Below, piece by piece: positions 28,170-37,126 of a DNA stretch of 43,686 nt. Under the pieces are notes generated by a model. The model worked only from the letters and a program-made list of their open reading frames with translations, had not been told where the DNA came from and made no database searches. The stretch spans positions 1 through 43,686 of the forward strand of contig JAYVPA010000210.1 of assembly GCA_043757615.1 (NCBI GenBank), given 5' to 3'. The first letter of the stretch is position 1. Each line of letters begins with the position of its first letter. The stretch comes from Sphingobacteriales bacterium. Lineage in GTDB: Bacteria > Bacteroidota > Bacteroidia > Chitinophagales > JADIYW01. The position numbers and the translations under genes were made by a program.

Positions 28170-28170
28170 A

Positions 28171-31100
28171 CTATAACGTGTATGTCATTTTGCAGATACC
28201 CATTAATCCTATAACAGGTGCACCTACGAAATATTGTTGTTTTCTGTTGTATAAATTAGAAAGTGACAACGTTACATTGTAATGGTCTTTCATGAATTTC
28301 GGTGTGTATGAAATATCCAGATCCATATCATGTGTGGCTGCTGTACGCCCGATAAAATTGCCTGATAACACTGGGAATCCTGCGCTCCATTTGAATTTCA
28401 CACCAACATTTAATCCTATTTTTTCTGAATTATAATTCACACCTACATTTACTCTGTGTTTTGGTGAATTCAGTGCCACATATCCTAAAGGTGCACTGTC
28501 AACTGATACAGAATCTTTATCTACAAAAGAATAATTTGCTGATAGTGAAATTCCTTTTGGCAAATACAAGTTTGAATTAAAATCTACACCATATACCGTT
28601 ACATCACCAATATTTCTTGTTACCAATAACATATTTGGTCCGTTTGCTTCTTTTGGGGAAATAACGCCGATTGGTAAGTTCTGTATTGCTTTCCTGATAA
28701 GACTTACAAACTCATCGCTCGCTGTTCCGTTTTTGTTGCCGCCAAATTTTACACTCTGATCTAAAAATGCATTCATCGCTAACTGCAGCACCGGATTTAA
28801 ATTGTTATAATTCTGAATGATTTGGGGTGCAAGATATGCCATCAGCTGTGCGTCATCGAACATTACAGCCGGTGTCAATAATTGTACAGGTGCTAAATAG
28901 TTTTTAAAATCCGTACGGTATACATCTACCTGCATACCAAACATTTTTCCAATCACCCCTTTATAACCTAATTCATAAGTATAAGTGGTGGTTGGTTTCA
29001 GTCCTGAAATATCTTTTGTTTTCTTCCATCTGTCATTATTAGGCTCAAACAATTGTTTACCTGTGTTCAGGTTTTTCACTACTTGATTTATATCATTCGG
29101 AATAGTTTGCGGTACAATAGAATTTACTACCGCATTAATAATAGGCAGTATCGGTGAGTTATTATCAATATCTGCCTGTGCACCAAACTGACCTCTGATA
29201 GCTGTTAAAATTCCGCTCCATCCTGTAGCATTAAAAGATAAATCCCCTACGTCGTGATACTGACCTGATGTACCATATGGTGAAGCAAACTGAGGCAACA
29301 CCTGTCCGTCATAATTTGGATTCGCATTAAAACTATAATTGAATCCCGAATTAGGTGTTCCTAAATTCCTTACTTCAATCCCTTGCGGTATTTCTCCTTG
29401 TTTTACATCTACAAAATAAGCTGCTGATGCCGGATTTTTGAAAGCCCTGTTAAACGTAAAACGTAAATTATGTCCTGTACCCGGTTTGTAAACAAGTGCC
29501 ACTTTTGGAGAGAATAATACTTTTTTTACTGCTGTATTATAATCCAAACGAGTGGCAACGATAACACTGAATCGCGGATGCAGTTTATAGTCACCCTGTA
29601 AATAAACACCATATTCATCAATGGCATCTTTATCTTCATATTTTCCATTTAAAGTTCCGTCTGTATTTGGTCTTGTAAAAAATGCATCAAATCCATATAC
29701 TAAATTCACACGTTTTTTGAACTCGTATGAATGTTGTACCTGAACAGAATACATGTGTGATTTGTCGATATAGCGGCCGCCTACAGGTACAAAATATGTA
29801 TTGTGCGAATTGTTTCCATTCACATACGCCTGTACAAATAAATTCTTCCATGTAAATCTCACCTGTGCCCATGAATAAGTCCAGTTTTTATTTTGCAGTG
29901 CACCAATCGGACTTGGTATAATTCCGTTACTTACGTTTACACCGCCGGCAAGTACAATATTAAAGTCTTCTTTTATCTGGATATCATAGCGTGAATCTAC
30001 CTGTCCGTTTAATATTTTTTCATCTCTTTCATTTTTTACAGCAACGCCTCTTCCGTTCGGATCATAACTGCCATCCGGTCTTTCATAATAAATGGTATCG
30101 CCTGATGCTTTGAATTTTATGATGGAGGCAGGATCAAATAAATCACTATATCGCCAGTCATGTCCTGTAAAAAGTTGTCCTGAAACTTTTATTCCCATTT
30201 TTACATTTGGGTTTTTTACATGAATAGTATCACCTACATAAAAACCCATAGAGAATAATACACGTTGCGTAAACTTATCATAATCGAATTTTGGATTCGC
30301 ACGATTAATATCTGTCAATGTATCTTTTATCTTTACACGTGCACCGACAGAAGTCCAGAATTTTATTTCTTGGTATTTTAAAGGCGATTTTGTAATGATA
30401 TGTATAACACCCTGATTTGCATTGGGTCCGTATAATGCTGCTGCAGGTCCTTTCAATATTTCTATACGTTCAATATCTGCATCTGTAGTGGTCATCATCT
30501 GATACATATTCAAACCTGTATTCGGTAATTTCGCTACACGTGTATCTGTTAATGACATTACATCACTTGTAAAATATCCTGAAAAACCACGTACAGAAGG
30601 CTGACCGCCTTGCACACCTGTTTGTAATATCTGTACGCCTGCACTGTTTTTGATATAATCTGTAATTCCTAATCCTGCTTTATTTTTAATAGCAGCAGCA
30701 TCTACAGAAACAATTGAAGCCGGTGCGTCCAGTGCTTTTTCTTTTCTCCTCCCAACAGAAACAACTATTTCGTCCATTATATTTCCTTCTTCCTCCATAT
30801 CTAAATTAAACGTCTGACTTTCTTTAACTGTAAGGCGCTCCTCTCTTAATCCTAAATAAGTAAATATTATAATCTCACCTTCATTCGCCTTTAATTCATA
30901 ATTACCTTCAAAGTCAGTTACAGTACCTCTTAATTTATCTGTTTCAACAAAAATATTTACACCTATTAATGGTTCTTTTGTTTTCTTATCGATAACAATT
31001 CCTTTAACAGTAAACTCTTTATTTGATTTTTTAACAGAAACCTGGGGAATATCTTTCATTCTTTCCTTTAATGGTATAGTGTCTCTTTCCCTATCTCGTG

Positions 31101-31173
31101 GTTTTTGGGCAAAAGAGGAAACATATAAAAGAATAAATAACAGGAATGGGATTGCTTTGCTAACATGCTTCAT
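28171..31173 (-). CDS. TonB-dependent receptor
   Basis: Signal peptide, CarboxypepD_reg-like domain (KTKEPLIGVNI...GTVTDFEGNY), plug motif IERIEILKGPAAALYG and a C-terminal barrel with SNLYN. Confidence 0.93.
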   Translation of the reverse strand: MKHVSKAIPFLLFILLYVSSFAQKPRDRERDTIPLKERMKDIPQVSVKKSNKEFTVKGIVIDKKTKEPLIGVNIFVETDKLRGTVTDFEGNYELKANEGEIIIFTYLGLREERLTVKESQTFNLDMEEEGNIMDEIVVSVGRRKEKALDAPASIVSVDAAAIKNKAGLGITDYIKNSAGVQILQTGVQGGQPSVRGFSGYFTSDVMSLTDTRVAKLPNTGLNMYQMMTTTDADIERIEILKGPAAALYGPNANQGVIHIITKSPLKYQEIKFWTSVGARVKIKDTLTDINRANPKFDYDKFTQRVLFSMGFYVGDTIHVKNPNVKMGIKVSGQLFTGHDWRYSDLFDPASIIKFKASGDTIYYERPDGSYDPNGRGVAVKNERDEKILNGQVDSRYDIQIKEDFNIVLAGGVNVSNGIIPSPIGALQNKNWTYSWAQVRFTWKNLFVQAYVNGNNSHNTYFVPVGGRYIDKSHMYSVQVQHSYEFKKRVNLVYGFDAFFTRPNTDGTLNGKYEDKDAIDEYGVYLQGDYKLHPRFSVIVATRLDYNTAVKKVLFSPKVALVYKPGTGHNLRFTFNRAFKNPASAAYFVDVKQGEIPQGIEVRNLGTPNSGFNYSFNANPNYDGQVLPQFASPYGTSGQYHDVGDLSFNATGWSGILTAIRGQFGAQADIDNNSPILPIINAVVNSIVPQTIPNDINQVVKNLNTGKQLFEPNNDRWKKTKDISGLKPTTTYTYELGYKGVIGKMFGMQVDVYRTDFKNYLAPVQLLTPAVMFDDAQLMAYLAPQIIQNYNNLNPVLQLAMNAFLDQSVKFGGNKNGTASDEFVSLIRKAIQNLPIGVISPKEANGPNMLLVTRNIGDVTVYGVDFNSNLYLPKGISLSANYSFVDKDSVSVDSAPLGYVALNSPKHRVNVGVNYNSEKIGLNVGVKFKWSAGFPVLSGNFIGRTAATHDMDLDISYTPKFMKDHYNVTLSLSNLYNRKQQYFVGAPVIGLMGICKMTYTL

Positions 31174-31363
31174 AATTTCGGTTTTAACTTATCTTGTTCC
31201 GATATACAATTTGGACTTTTTTAAAAAGCGAGCCCAAAACTATCTGCAAATATCTGTAATAGAAACTAAATAGAATTGCAATATTGTTAACACTCAAAAT
31301 TTACAAACAATACAGTAACCAAAAACAGTTAGAATGTTTAAAATAACTTAAGAAAGTTGGTTG

Positions 31364-31696
31364 TTAAATTAAAATTTCTTCCGGAATACGGATTTTAAGA
31401 CCGTTGATTTTTTCTGAAACGGTTATCTGGCAGGATAAACGGCAGTTGCCTGTATAACATGGAAGTGTCTCCAGAAGACACATTTCACTGTCGTCCGCAC
31501 CTTCTATTATAATTTCATCTTTGTTCAGGACTTCCACTCTGCAGGTGGCACACAATGCCATACCTCCACATATTCCTTCAATCGGATAACCTTCCCCTTT
31601 CAGAACTTCCATTAATGAAAGTTGCACGCCTAATGGAATTTCCATTGGCTGAAATGAAAAATCATCTTGTTGAATATGTATGACAATATTATCCAA
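31364..31696 (-). CDS. [2Fe-2S] ferredoxin (adrenodoxin type)
   Basis: CGGMALCATC...RLSCQI; TTG start. Confidence 0.9.
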   Translation of the reverse strand: MDNIVIHIQQDDFSFQPMEIPLGVQLSLMEVLKGEGYPIEGICGGMALCATCRVEVLNKDEIIIEGADDSEMCLLETLPCYTGNCRLSCQITVSEKINGLKIRIPEEILI

Positions 31697-31730
31697 AGAA
31701 ATAGTTTGCAGTTTATAATATCAACTTTTA

Positions 31731-32732
31731 TTAAAATCCTGTTACACCATTTACTGTAGTGTATTTTAAGGACGGTTTTTTTCCTGAAATCAATTCTGCC
31801 GCACTATGACACATCATTGCCGCTTCGTGGAAACCACATAAAATCAGTTTTAATTTTCCATCATAATTATTGATATCACCAATTGCATAAATACCTTTCT
31901 CATTTGTTGAGTAATCTCTGGTATTTACGTTGATTGCATTTTTCTCAATGTTCAGCCCCCAGTTTGCAATAGGTCCTAATTTCGGACTCAGGCCGAATAA
32001 TGCTAAATAATAATCTGCTTCTATTTCTTTTGTAGATTCATCTTTATTTGTGATAGTTATTTTTTCCAGTTTTCCATCACCACGTAAATGCGACACGTTG
32101 GCATTTAATTCCATTTTTATTTTCCCGGCTTCCGTAAGCTGTTTTACTTTATCCACGCTATCCGGTGCGCCACGAAACATTTCACCTCGATGCACCATCG
32201 TAAGTTCTGATGCTACATCCGCAAGGAACATTGTCCAGTCCAAAGCGCTGTCCCCGCCGCCTGCAATCACGATTTTCTTATTGCGGTATTTTTCAGGGTC
32301 TAATACCATATATTCCACCCCATTCTTTTCGTAAGCAGAAAGGTTTTCGATAGCAGGTTTACGTGGTTCAAAAACACCAAGCCCACCAGCGATGCAGATA
32401 ATCTTTGCATGTATTTTTGTATCCAGATGTGTATTCAGTTCAAACGAACCATCTTCCAATCTCTTGATGGTTTCGATACGCTCACCTAATGTAAAGGTTG
32501 GATGAAAAGGCTTAGCCTGTTCCATCAGATTATCTACTAATTCTTGTGCATTAATTGTCGGAAAACCCGGGATATCATAAATCGGTTTCTTAGGATAAAT
32601 TTCTGTTAGTTGACCGCCTGGCTGTGGCAAGTAATCTACTAAATGACAGCGCATCTTTAATAAACCGGCTTCAAAAACGGTAAATAAACCCACCGGCCCT
32701 GCACCAATAATGCATATATCTGTTTCAATCAT
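31731..32732 (-). CDS. TrxR-type ferredoxin-NADP+ reductase (YumC-like)
   Basis: GAGPVG, GGQLTEIYPKKPIYDIPG, GGGDSALDW and GKLKLILCGFHEA motifs; no CxxC; directly upstream of a ferredoxin gene. Confidence 0.9.
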   Translation of the reverse strand: MIETDICIIGAGPVGLFTVFEAGLLKMRCHLVDYLPQPGGQLTEIYPKKPIYDIPGFPTINAQELVDNLMEQAKPFHPTFTLGERIETIKRLEDGSFELNTHLDTKIHAKIICIAGGLGVFEPRKPAIENLSAYEKNGVEYMVLDPEKYRNKKIVIAGGGDSALDWTMFLADVASELTMVHRGEMFRGAPDSVDKVKQLTEAGKIKMELNANVSHLRGDGKLEKITITNKDESTKEIEADYYLALFGLSPKLGPIANWGLNIEKNAINVNTRDYSTNEKGIYAIGDINNYDGKLKLILCGFHEAAMMCHSAAELISGKKPSLKYTTVNGVTGF

Positions 32733-32936
32733 GGATTAAAAATTTGAATTAACGATTATACTATTGTGTATAGTCTTATAACATCAAAAATAAGAAGACA
32801 GACTTTAAAAGAATGTTATGATTTGGATATTCTGAAATGTAGCAATCTGAAAATTTAACTTAAGAATAGAATATTATTAAGAATAGAAATGTTATTTTGT
32901 TTGATATTGGTCAAAACCAATAAATTTAAAATCAGT

Positions 32937-34205
32937 ATGAAAGCTTGTGTAATAGGTGCCGGTGCATCAGGAATTGCAGCCTGCAAAACCTTGAAAGAAA
33001 ATAATATTGATTTCGATTGTTTCGAAAAAGGTTCTGATGTTGGCGGTTTGTGGTGGTTTAATAACGACAATGGTCAGAATTCCATTTACAAATCTCTTTG
33101 CATTAATACATCACGACAAATGATGTCTTATTCTGATTATCCGATGCCTGATGATTATCCGGATTATCCGCATCATTCCTTGATTCATCAGTATTTCTCT
33201 AATTACGCAGCCCATTTTGGTTTTAGAGAAACTATTCATTTTAAAACTACGGTTACACATGTTGAAAAGAAAGGGAATTCTTATTTTGTAACAACAGATA
33301 AAACAGGAACCAAAGAATACGATGCTGTTTTAGTTTGCAATGGTCATCACTGGAATCCTCGCTATGCAAATTTTGACGGTACATTTGACGGAAAGATTTT
33401 ACATGCACATGATTATAAAACACTGGATGGTTTTGAAGACAAAGAAGTATTAGTAATCGGTATCGGAAATTCTGCCGTTGATATTGCATGTGAACTGACT
33501 ACCGTTGCAAAAAAAGTAATGATTTCTACGAGAAGCGGTGCTTACATTATTCCGAAGTATTTATTCGGCATTCCAACAGATCACATTTCCAAACCGCCGC
33601 TTGCTTATGCACCATTGGCAATACAACGTTTTGCGCTGAAAAAGATCCTGGAAATAAATATTGGCAAACAAGATAAATATGGTGTTCCAACGCCGAATAG
33701 GCCTATCCTGACAGAACATCCTACTATTTCACAGGATTTATTAAATAAAGTCGGTCATGGAAAAATAAAAATCAAACCAAATATTAAAAAATTAAATGGC
33801 AAAACTGTTTTATTTGATGACGGAACGGAAGAATCTTTTGATGTTTTGATTTATTGCACAGGTTATAAAATGACATTCCCGTTTTTTGAGGTAGATTTTC
33901 TCAATCCAAAGGACAATGATGTACAATTGTATCACAAAGTAGTACATCCTGAATATGAAAATTTATTTTTCTTAGGATTGATACAACCCTTAGGTGCCAT
34001 TATGCCTTTATCAGAAGTACAGGCTAAATGGATTGCTGCAATACTTACCGGAAAATCTAAACTACCTGCAAAAGAAAAAATGCTGAAAACCATAAAAGAA
34101 GACCGTTATGAAATGCGCAAACGATATAAAGATTCTGCGCGACATACAGTTCAAGTGGATTTTTACCCATATAAACGATTAATAGAAAATGCTATGAAGC
34201 AATAA
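32937..34205 (+). CDS. Flavin-containing monooxygenase (class B)
   Basis: GAGASG, VGGLW, FMO motif FDGKILHAHDYK, GIGNSA and CTGY. ATG start taken at 32937. Confidence 0.92.
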   Translation: MKACVIGAGASGIAACKTLKENNIDFDCFEKGSDVGGLWWFNNDNGQNSIYKSLCINTSRQMMSYSDYPMPDDYPDYPHHSLIHQYFSNYAAHFGFRETIHFKTTVTHVEKKGNSYFVTTDKTGTKEYDAVLVCNGHHWNPRYANFDGTFDGKILHAHDYKTLDGFEDKEVLVIGIGNSAVDIACELTTVAKKVMISTRSGAYIIPKYLFGIPTDHISKPPLAYAPLAIQRFALKKILEINIGKQDKYGVPTPNRPILTEHPTISQDLLNKVGHGKIKIKPNIKKLNGKTVLFDDGTEESFDVLIYCTGYKMTFPFFEVDFLNPKDNDVQLYHKVVHPEYENLFFLGLIQPLGAIMPLSEVQAKWIAAILTGKSKLPAKEKMLKTIKEDRYEMRKRYKDSARHTVQVDFYPYKRLIENAMKQ

Positions 34206-34212
34206 TTATACT

Positions 34213-34539
34213 TTATCTCCAATGTCCGGGCACCCAATGCCAGCCATGTTTTGAATTTTTCCAGTGACCCGGTACCCAAACAGCCGCTGAATTTGGAATC
34301 AGCCATTTCCCATCTACATACACATATTGATTTATTTGCGGACTCCATATCCAATCTCCATCTATCCAGATATGCTTAGGACTTGGCGCAGCAGGCCGGA
34401 TTACCACAACTTTTGGTCCTTCAGGTTTTACTTTCACATACTTGTAACTATGACCATTTGTCTTTACATATACTTTTGGTTTTGCATTTACTTGTAAAAC
34501 TGATAACACAACAACCAATATTAAGATTAGCTTTTTCAT
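34213..34539 (-). CDS. Secreted WXXGXW (YXWGXW) repeat protein
   Basis: Signal peptide MKKLILIL... followed by repeats WIDGDW, YVDGKW and WVPGHW x2. Confidence 0.85.
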   Translation of the reverse strand: MKKLILILVVVLSVLQVNAKPKVYVKTNGHSYKYVKVKPEGPKVVVIRPAAPSPKHIWIDGDWIWSPQINQYVYVDGKWLIPNSAAVWVPGHWKNSKHGWHWVPGHWR

Positions 34540-34644
34540 ACATTTATTTATACTTTGACACATAAAAAATAAAAAGGTTTAATTTTTTTAATTTTTTTTG
34601 GAAAATATTTGCATAATTGGTTGAATTCATTTTACATTTAGCCA

Positions 34645-35688
34645 ATGATTTTAAAACTCATCAACAACTTACTGTCTGTGGGAAAAAATAAAAAAAAAGA
34701 AGAACCAAAGAAGGCTGCAAAAACAACAGCAAAACCTGTTGCTAAAAAAGTAGTGCCTGCAAAAAATGCAAAACCTGCAGCTAAAGAAAAAGTTGCAGCA
34801 AAACCAACTGTGAAAAAACCACAGCCTAAAGTAGTACCAAAATCTTTAGCAAAAAAAGAAGTTGTAAAAAAAGAACCCATTAAAGCGGCTCCTAAAAAAG
34901 CAGCAAAAGCTGTTCCTGTAAAATCCAAAATTCCTGAAAAAAATATAAAACCCTCAAAAACTGTGGCAAAAAAAGCAACTCCTCCTGTAAAACAGACAAC
35001 AAAGAAAGCTGAACCGGTAAAAACGAAACCGGCAGCAAAAATTGAAAAGGTTGAAAAGAAAAAAGAAATTCCTGTTGTTCGACCGAAAAAAGAAATAGTT
35101 ACCAAACAAGAAGTTAAAACTCCTCCACCTATTGTAACAGCAAAAAAAACTGAAAGCAAAAAATCTAAAAAACCGGAGCCTGTTCCTGTAAGAATGGCAC
35201 CGCCACCACCTCCCGGAGGATTCCGTAAGATAATTGTTGACTATAAAAATGTTCCTGACGAGGTCTTAAGAGCATTGTCAGATAAATATCCTCACGGATA
35301 TAATAAAGGCATTATCAAATTCACTAATGCGAAAAGAGAATTAGTATCTGCTGTCCCTATTGAATTAGGAGAATATTCTTATTTAGTAAAAGTAAGTACA
35401 CAGTTACAGAAAATGGTCGATGATTATGATGAAGATGAATTATTTCCGGATGTTGCCGCTCCTTCTGAAAAAGAAATACCTGTGGGTGCAGGCGGCGATT
35501 TTGATGATTTTGACAAGAGTGATGAAGATGATTCTCCTAAAAGAAAAGCCAAAGGCAGAGTTAAAAGTGCAGATGATTTAGAATATGGATTTTCTGATGA
35601 TGATGATGAAGGCGATGACGACGATGACGACGACGGAGATGATGCAGCTGCCTCTGACGATGATGATGATGGTGATGATGACGAATAA
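34645..35688 (+). CDS. Hypothetical bipolar protein: Lys/Ala/Pro-rich N-terminus, small conserved core, Asp/Glu-rich C-terminus
   Basis: 347-aa ORF with core RKIIVDYKNVPDEVL...KYPHGY...FTNAK.E.VSAV.IE...YLVKVS, followed by a terminator-like hairpin. Confidence 0.75.
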   Translation: MILKLINNLLSVGKNKKKEEPKKAAKTTAKPVAKKVVPAKNAKPAAKEKVAAKPTVKKPQPKVVPKSLAKKEVVKKEPIKAAPKKAAKAVPVKSKIPEKNIKPSKTVAKKATPPVKQTTKKAEPVKTKPAAKIEKVEKKKEIPVVRPKKEIVTKQEVKTPPPIVTAKKTESKKSKKPEPVPVRMAPPPPPGGFRKIIVDYKNVPDEVLRALSDKYPHGYNKGIIKFTNAKRELVSAVPIELGEYSYLVKVSTQLQKMVDDYDEDELFPDVAAPSEKEIPVGAGGDFDDFDKSDEDDSPKRKAKGRVKSADDLEYGFSDDDDEGDDDDDDDGDDAAASDDDDDGDDDE

Positions 35689-35712
35689 TCAACCTAAAAT
35701 AAATAATAATAA

Positions 35713-35738
35713 AAAGTTCTGCAATATCGCGGGACTTT
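35713..35738 (+). terminator. Probable intrinsic terminator
   Basis: AAAGTTCTGC-aatatc-GCGGGACTTT stem (two G-U pairs on the + strand) between convergent genes. Confidence 0.55.
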
Positions 35739-35753
35739 ATAATTTATATCACT

Positions 35754-36245
35754 CTATGAATGAAATAATAAGAGGAGCGTGTATTTTATAATGAAGAAAG
35801 TCAACATACTTATTAAAATAAATATTAGTGTCAGTACGCCTAAAATAGGCAATAAAATCGGCCAGACACTTCCCTGATGTTTGCCTTCTTCAAAATGTTC
35901 TACAGCCAGAATTAAATTCCTGTGATTGGCTTTATAAAAGACATCAAAAAATCTTCCGACGAATGGAATCAACCCTACAATTCCGTCAATAGTAATGTTT
36001 AAAATCATTTTGGCTACAGACTTTCCACTGGCACCATTGCGCACCATGGATATTAAGAGGAATGCAGAAATACCATAATCCACTAAATCTCCTAATCCTG
36101 GAATTAAACCGATAATCGGGTCAATTCCAAAAGTAATATTTGTTCCGGGAACATGAAACTGGCTGTCCATCAACTTTACAAACGTTGCAATTTTTTGCAA
36201 AGGAAGCGGAATTGGTCTGCCTAGTATCTCGTTTTTTTCTGGCAT
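35754..36245 (-). CDS. DUF4112 family membrane protein
   Basis: LMDSQFHVPGT...FGIDPIIGLIPGLGD...GLIPFVG.FFDV.YKAN.RN motif. Confidence 0.88.
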   Translation of the reverse strand: MPEKNEILGRPIPLPLQKIATFVKLMDSQFHVPGTNITFGIDPIIGLIPGLGDLVDYGISAFLLISMVRNGASGKSVAKMILNITIDGIVGLIPFVGRFFDVFYKANHRNLILAVEHFEEGKHQGSVWPILLPILGVLTLIFILISMLTFFIIKYTLLLLFHS

Positions 36246-36712
36246 TAGGCTTTGTATGTAATCATTTCTAAGCCTATCAGGTGTTTTTCTTCATAGGTGA
36301 CAGTCAGAAAACCTAATATGCCACCTGAAGATTCTGCAATTGAATGCGCCAGTGTTCTTAATGATTTCAAATATGCACGAACATATAAATCATCCAGTTT
36401 TGGTAAAATATCGTTCAATTTACCCAATTCATTTACCACTATTTCAGTTCTGGTTGCAGCTTGTAAACCACCATATTTACTTATTAAATCATTCAATTGC
36501 TCATCAAATCGTTTTTCGGTTTCTTTGTAAAAATCGAATAAGATAGGGTCACCTATATTTGTACGGATACGAACTAAATGTTTGGATTTTTCTTCTTCTA
36601 CTTCATTTATATTGTCATCAATACCTGCTATAAGGCACGTTACCAAAGCCGGTGCATGAAATAATAAATCTGATTCTTCTTTTGTTAAATGATTGAACTG
36701 TGCGATTGCCAT
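36245..36712 (-). CDS. Hypothetical helical protein (possibly TerB-like)
   Basis: 155-aa ORF with LIAGIDDNINEVE and IAESSGGILGF...EE motifs; TAATG overlap with the DUF4112 gene. Confidence 0.6.
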   Translation of the reverse strand: MAIAQFNHLTKEESDLLFHAPALVTCLIAGIDDNINEVEEEKSKHLVRIRTNIGDPILFDFYKETEKRFDEQLNDLISKYGGLQAATRTEIVVNELGKLNDILPKLDDLYVRAYLKSLRTLAHSIAESSGGILGFLTVTYEEKHLIGLEMITYKA

Positions 36713-36729
36713 TTTTGTATATTATTTTG

Positions 36730-36737
36730 CAAATGTA
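36730..36737 (-). promoter_or_regulatory. -7 promoter element (TACATTTG)
   Basis: TAnnTTTG match 17 nt upstream of the ATG at 36712. Confidence 0.55.
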
Positions 36738-36847
36738 CATAGAAAATTGCTTTTCAAAAAATGGGTTTTTAATCAACGTTCTTATGTGTTAACTATATGT
36801 TATGTCAATAAAATTGATTAATATTAATATCTAACCAATTAAAATCA

Positions 36848-37069
36848 ATGTCTATGAAAAGAATTACAATTTTAACCTCATTTGCTGTAATGTTGTTTGG
36901 AACCACTTCCTGTGTAAAAGACTGGCAATGTGAATGTACAGACGGGACCAGTACAAATGTTGTAGAACAATATCCGAATTCCAAATTCTTAGATGCAAAA
37001 AAAACCTGCGACAAAAGGCAAAGTGATTTAAGAACACTAAACTCCAACATTAGCTGTAAGGTTAAATAA
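36848..37069 (+). CDS. Small Cys-rich lipoprotein
   Basis: Lipobox TTSC followed by four further Cys (CEC...C...C); followed by its own terminator. Confidence 0.75.
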   Translation: MSMKRITILTSFAVMLFGTTSCVKDWQCECTDGTSTNVVEQYPNSKFLDAKKTCDKRQSDLRTLNSNISCKVK

Positions 37070-37081
37070 TATCTTTAACAA

Positions 37082-37109
37082 AAAACGGTCTGACTTTTCA
37101 GGCCGTTTT
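37082..37109 (+). terminator. Intrinsic terminator
   Basis: AAAACGGTCTGA-cttt-TCAGGCCGTTTT hairpin 12 nt after the stop at 37069. Confidence 0.75.
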
Positions 37110-37126
37110 ATGTTAGCTTTATATCG

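Noticed and set aside
34638-35159. 173-aa Phe/Gly/Ala-rich antisense ORF (and the similar 22366-22692 ORF)
   Set aside because: These are shadow ORFs produced by Lys/Ala/Pro-rich sense codons, with no independent coding signal.
35595-35685. GAT/GAC trinucleotide run as a microsatellite or contingency locus
   Set aside because: It is in-frame poly-Asp coding with mixed synonymous codons and is explained by the protein's acidic tail.
36735-36805. Possible third copy of the CACATAG element (tacatagaaa ... ctatatgtta)
   Set aside because: The match is too short and degenerate for AT-rich DNA, the length is wrong, and it overlaps divergent promoter sequence.
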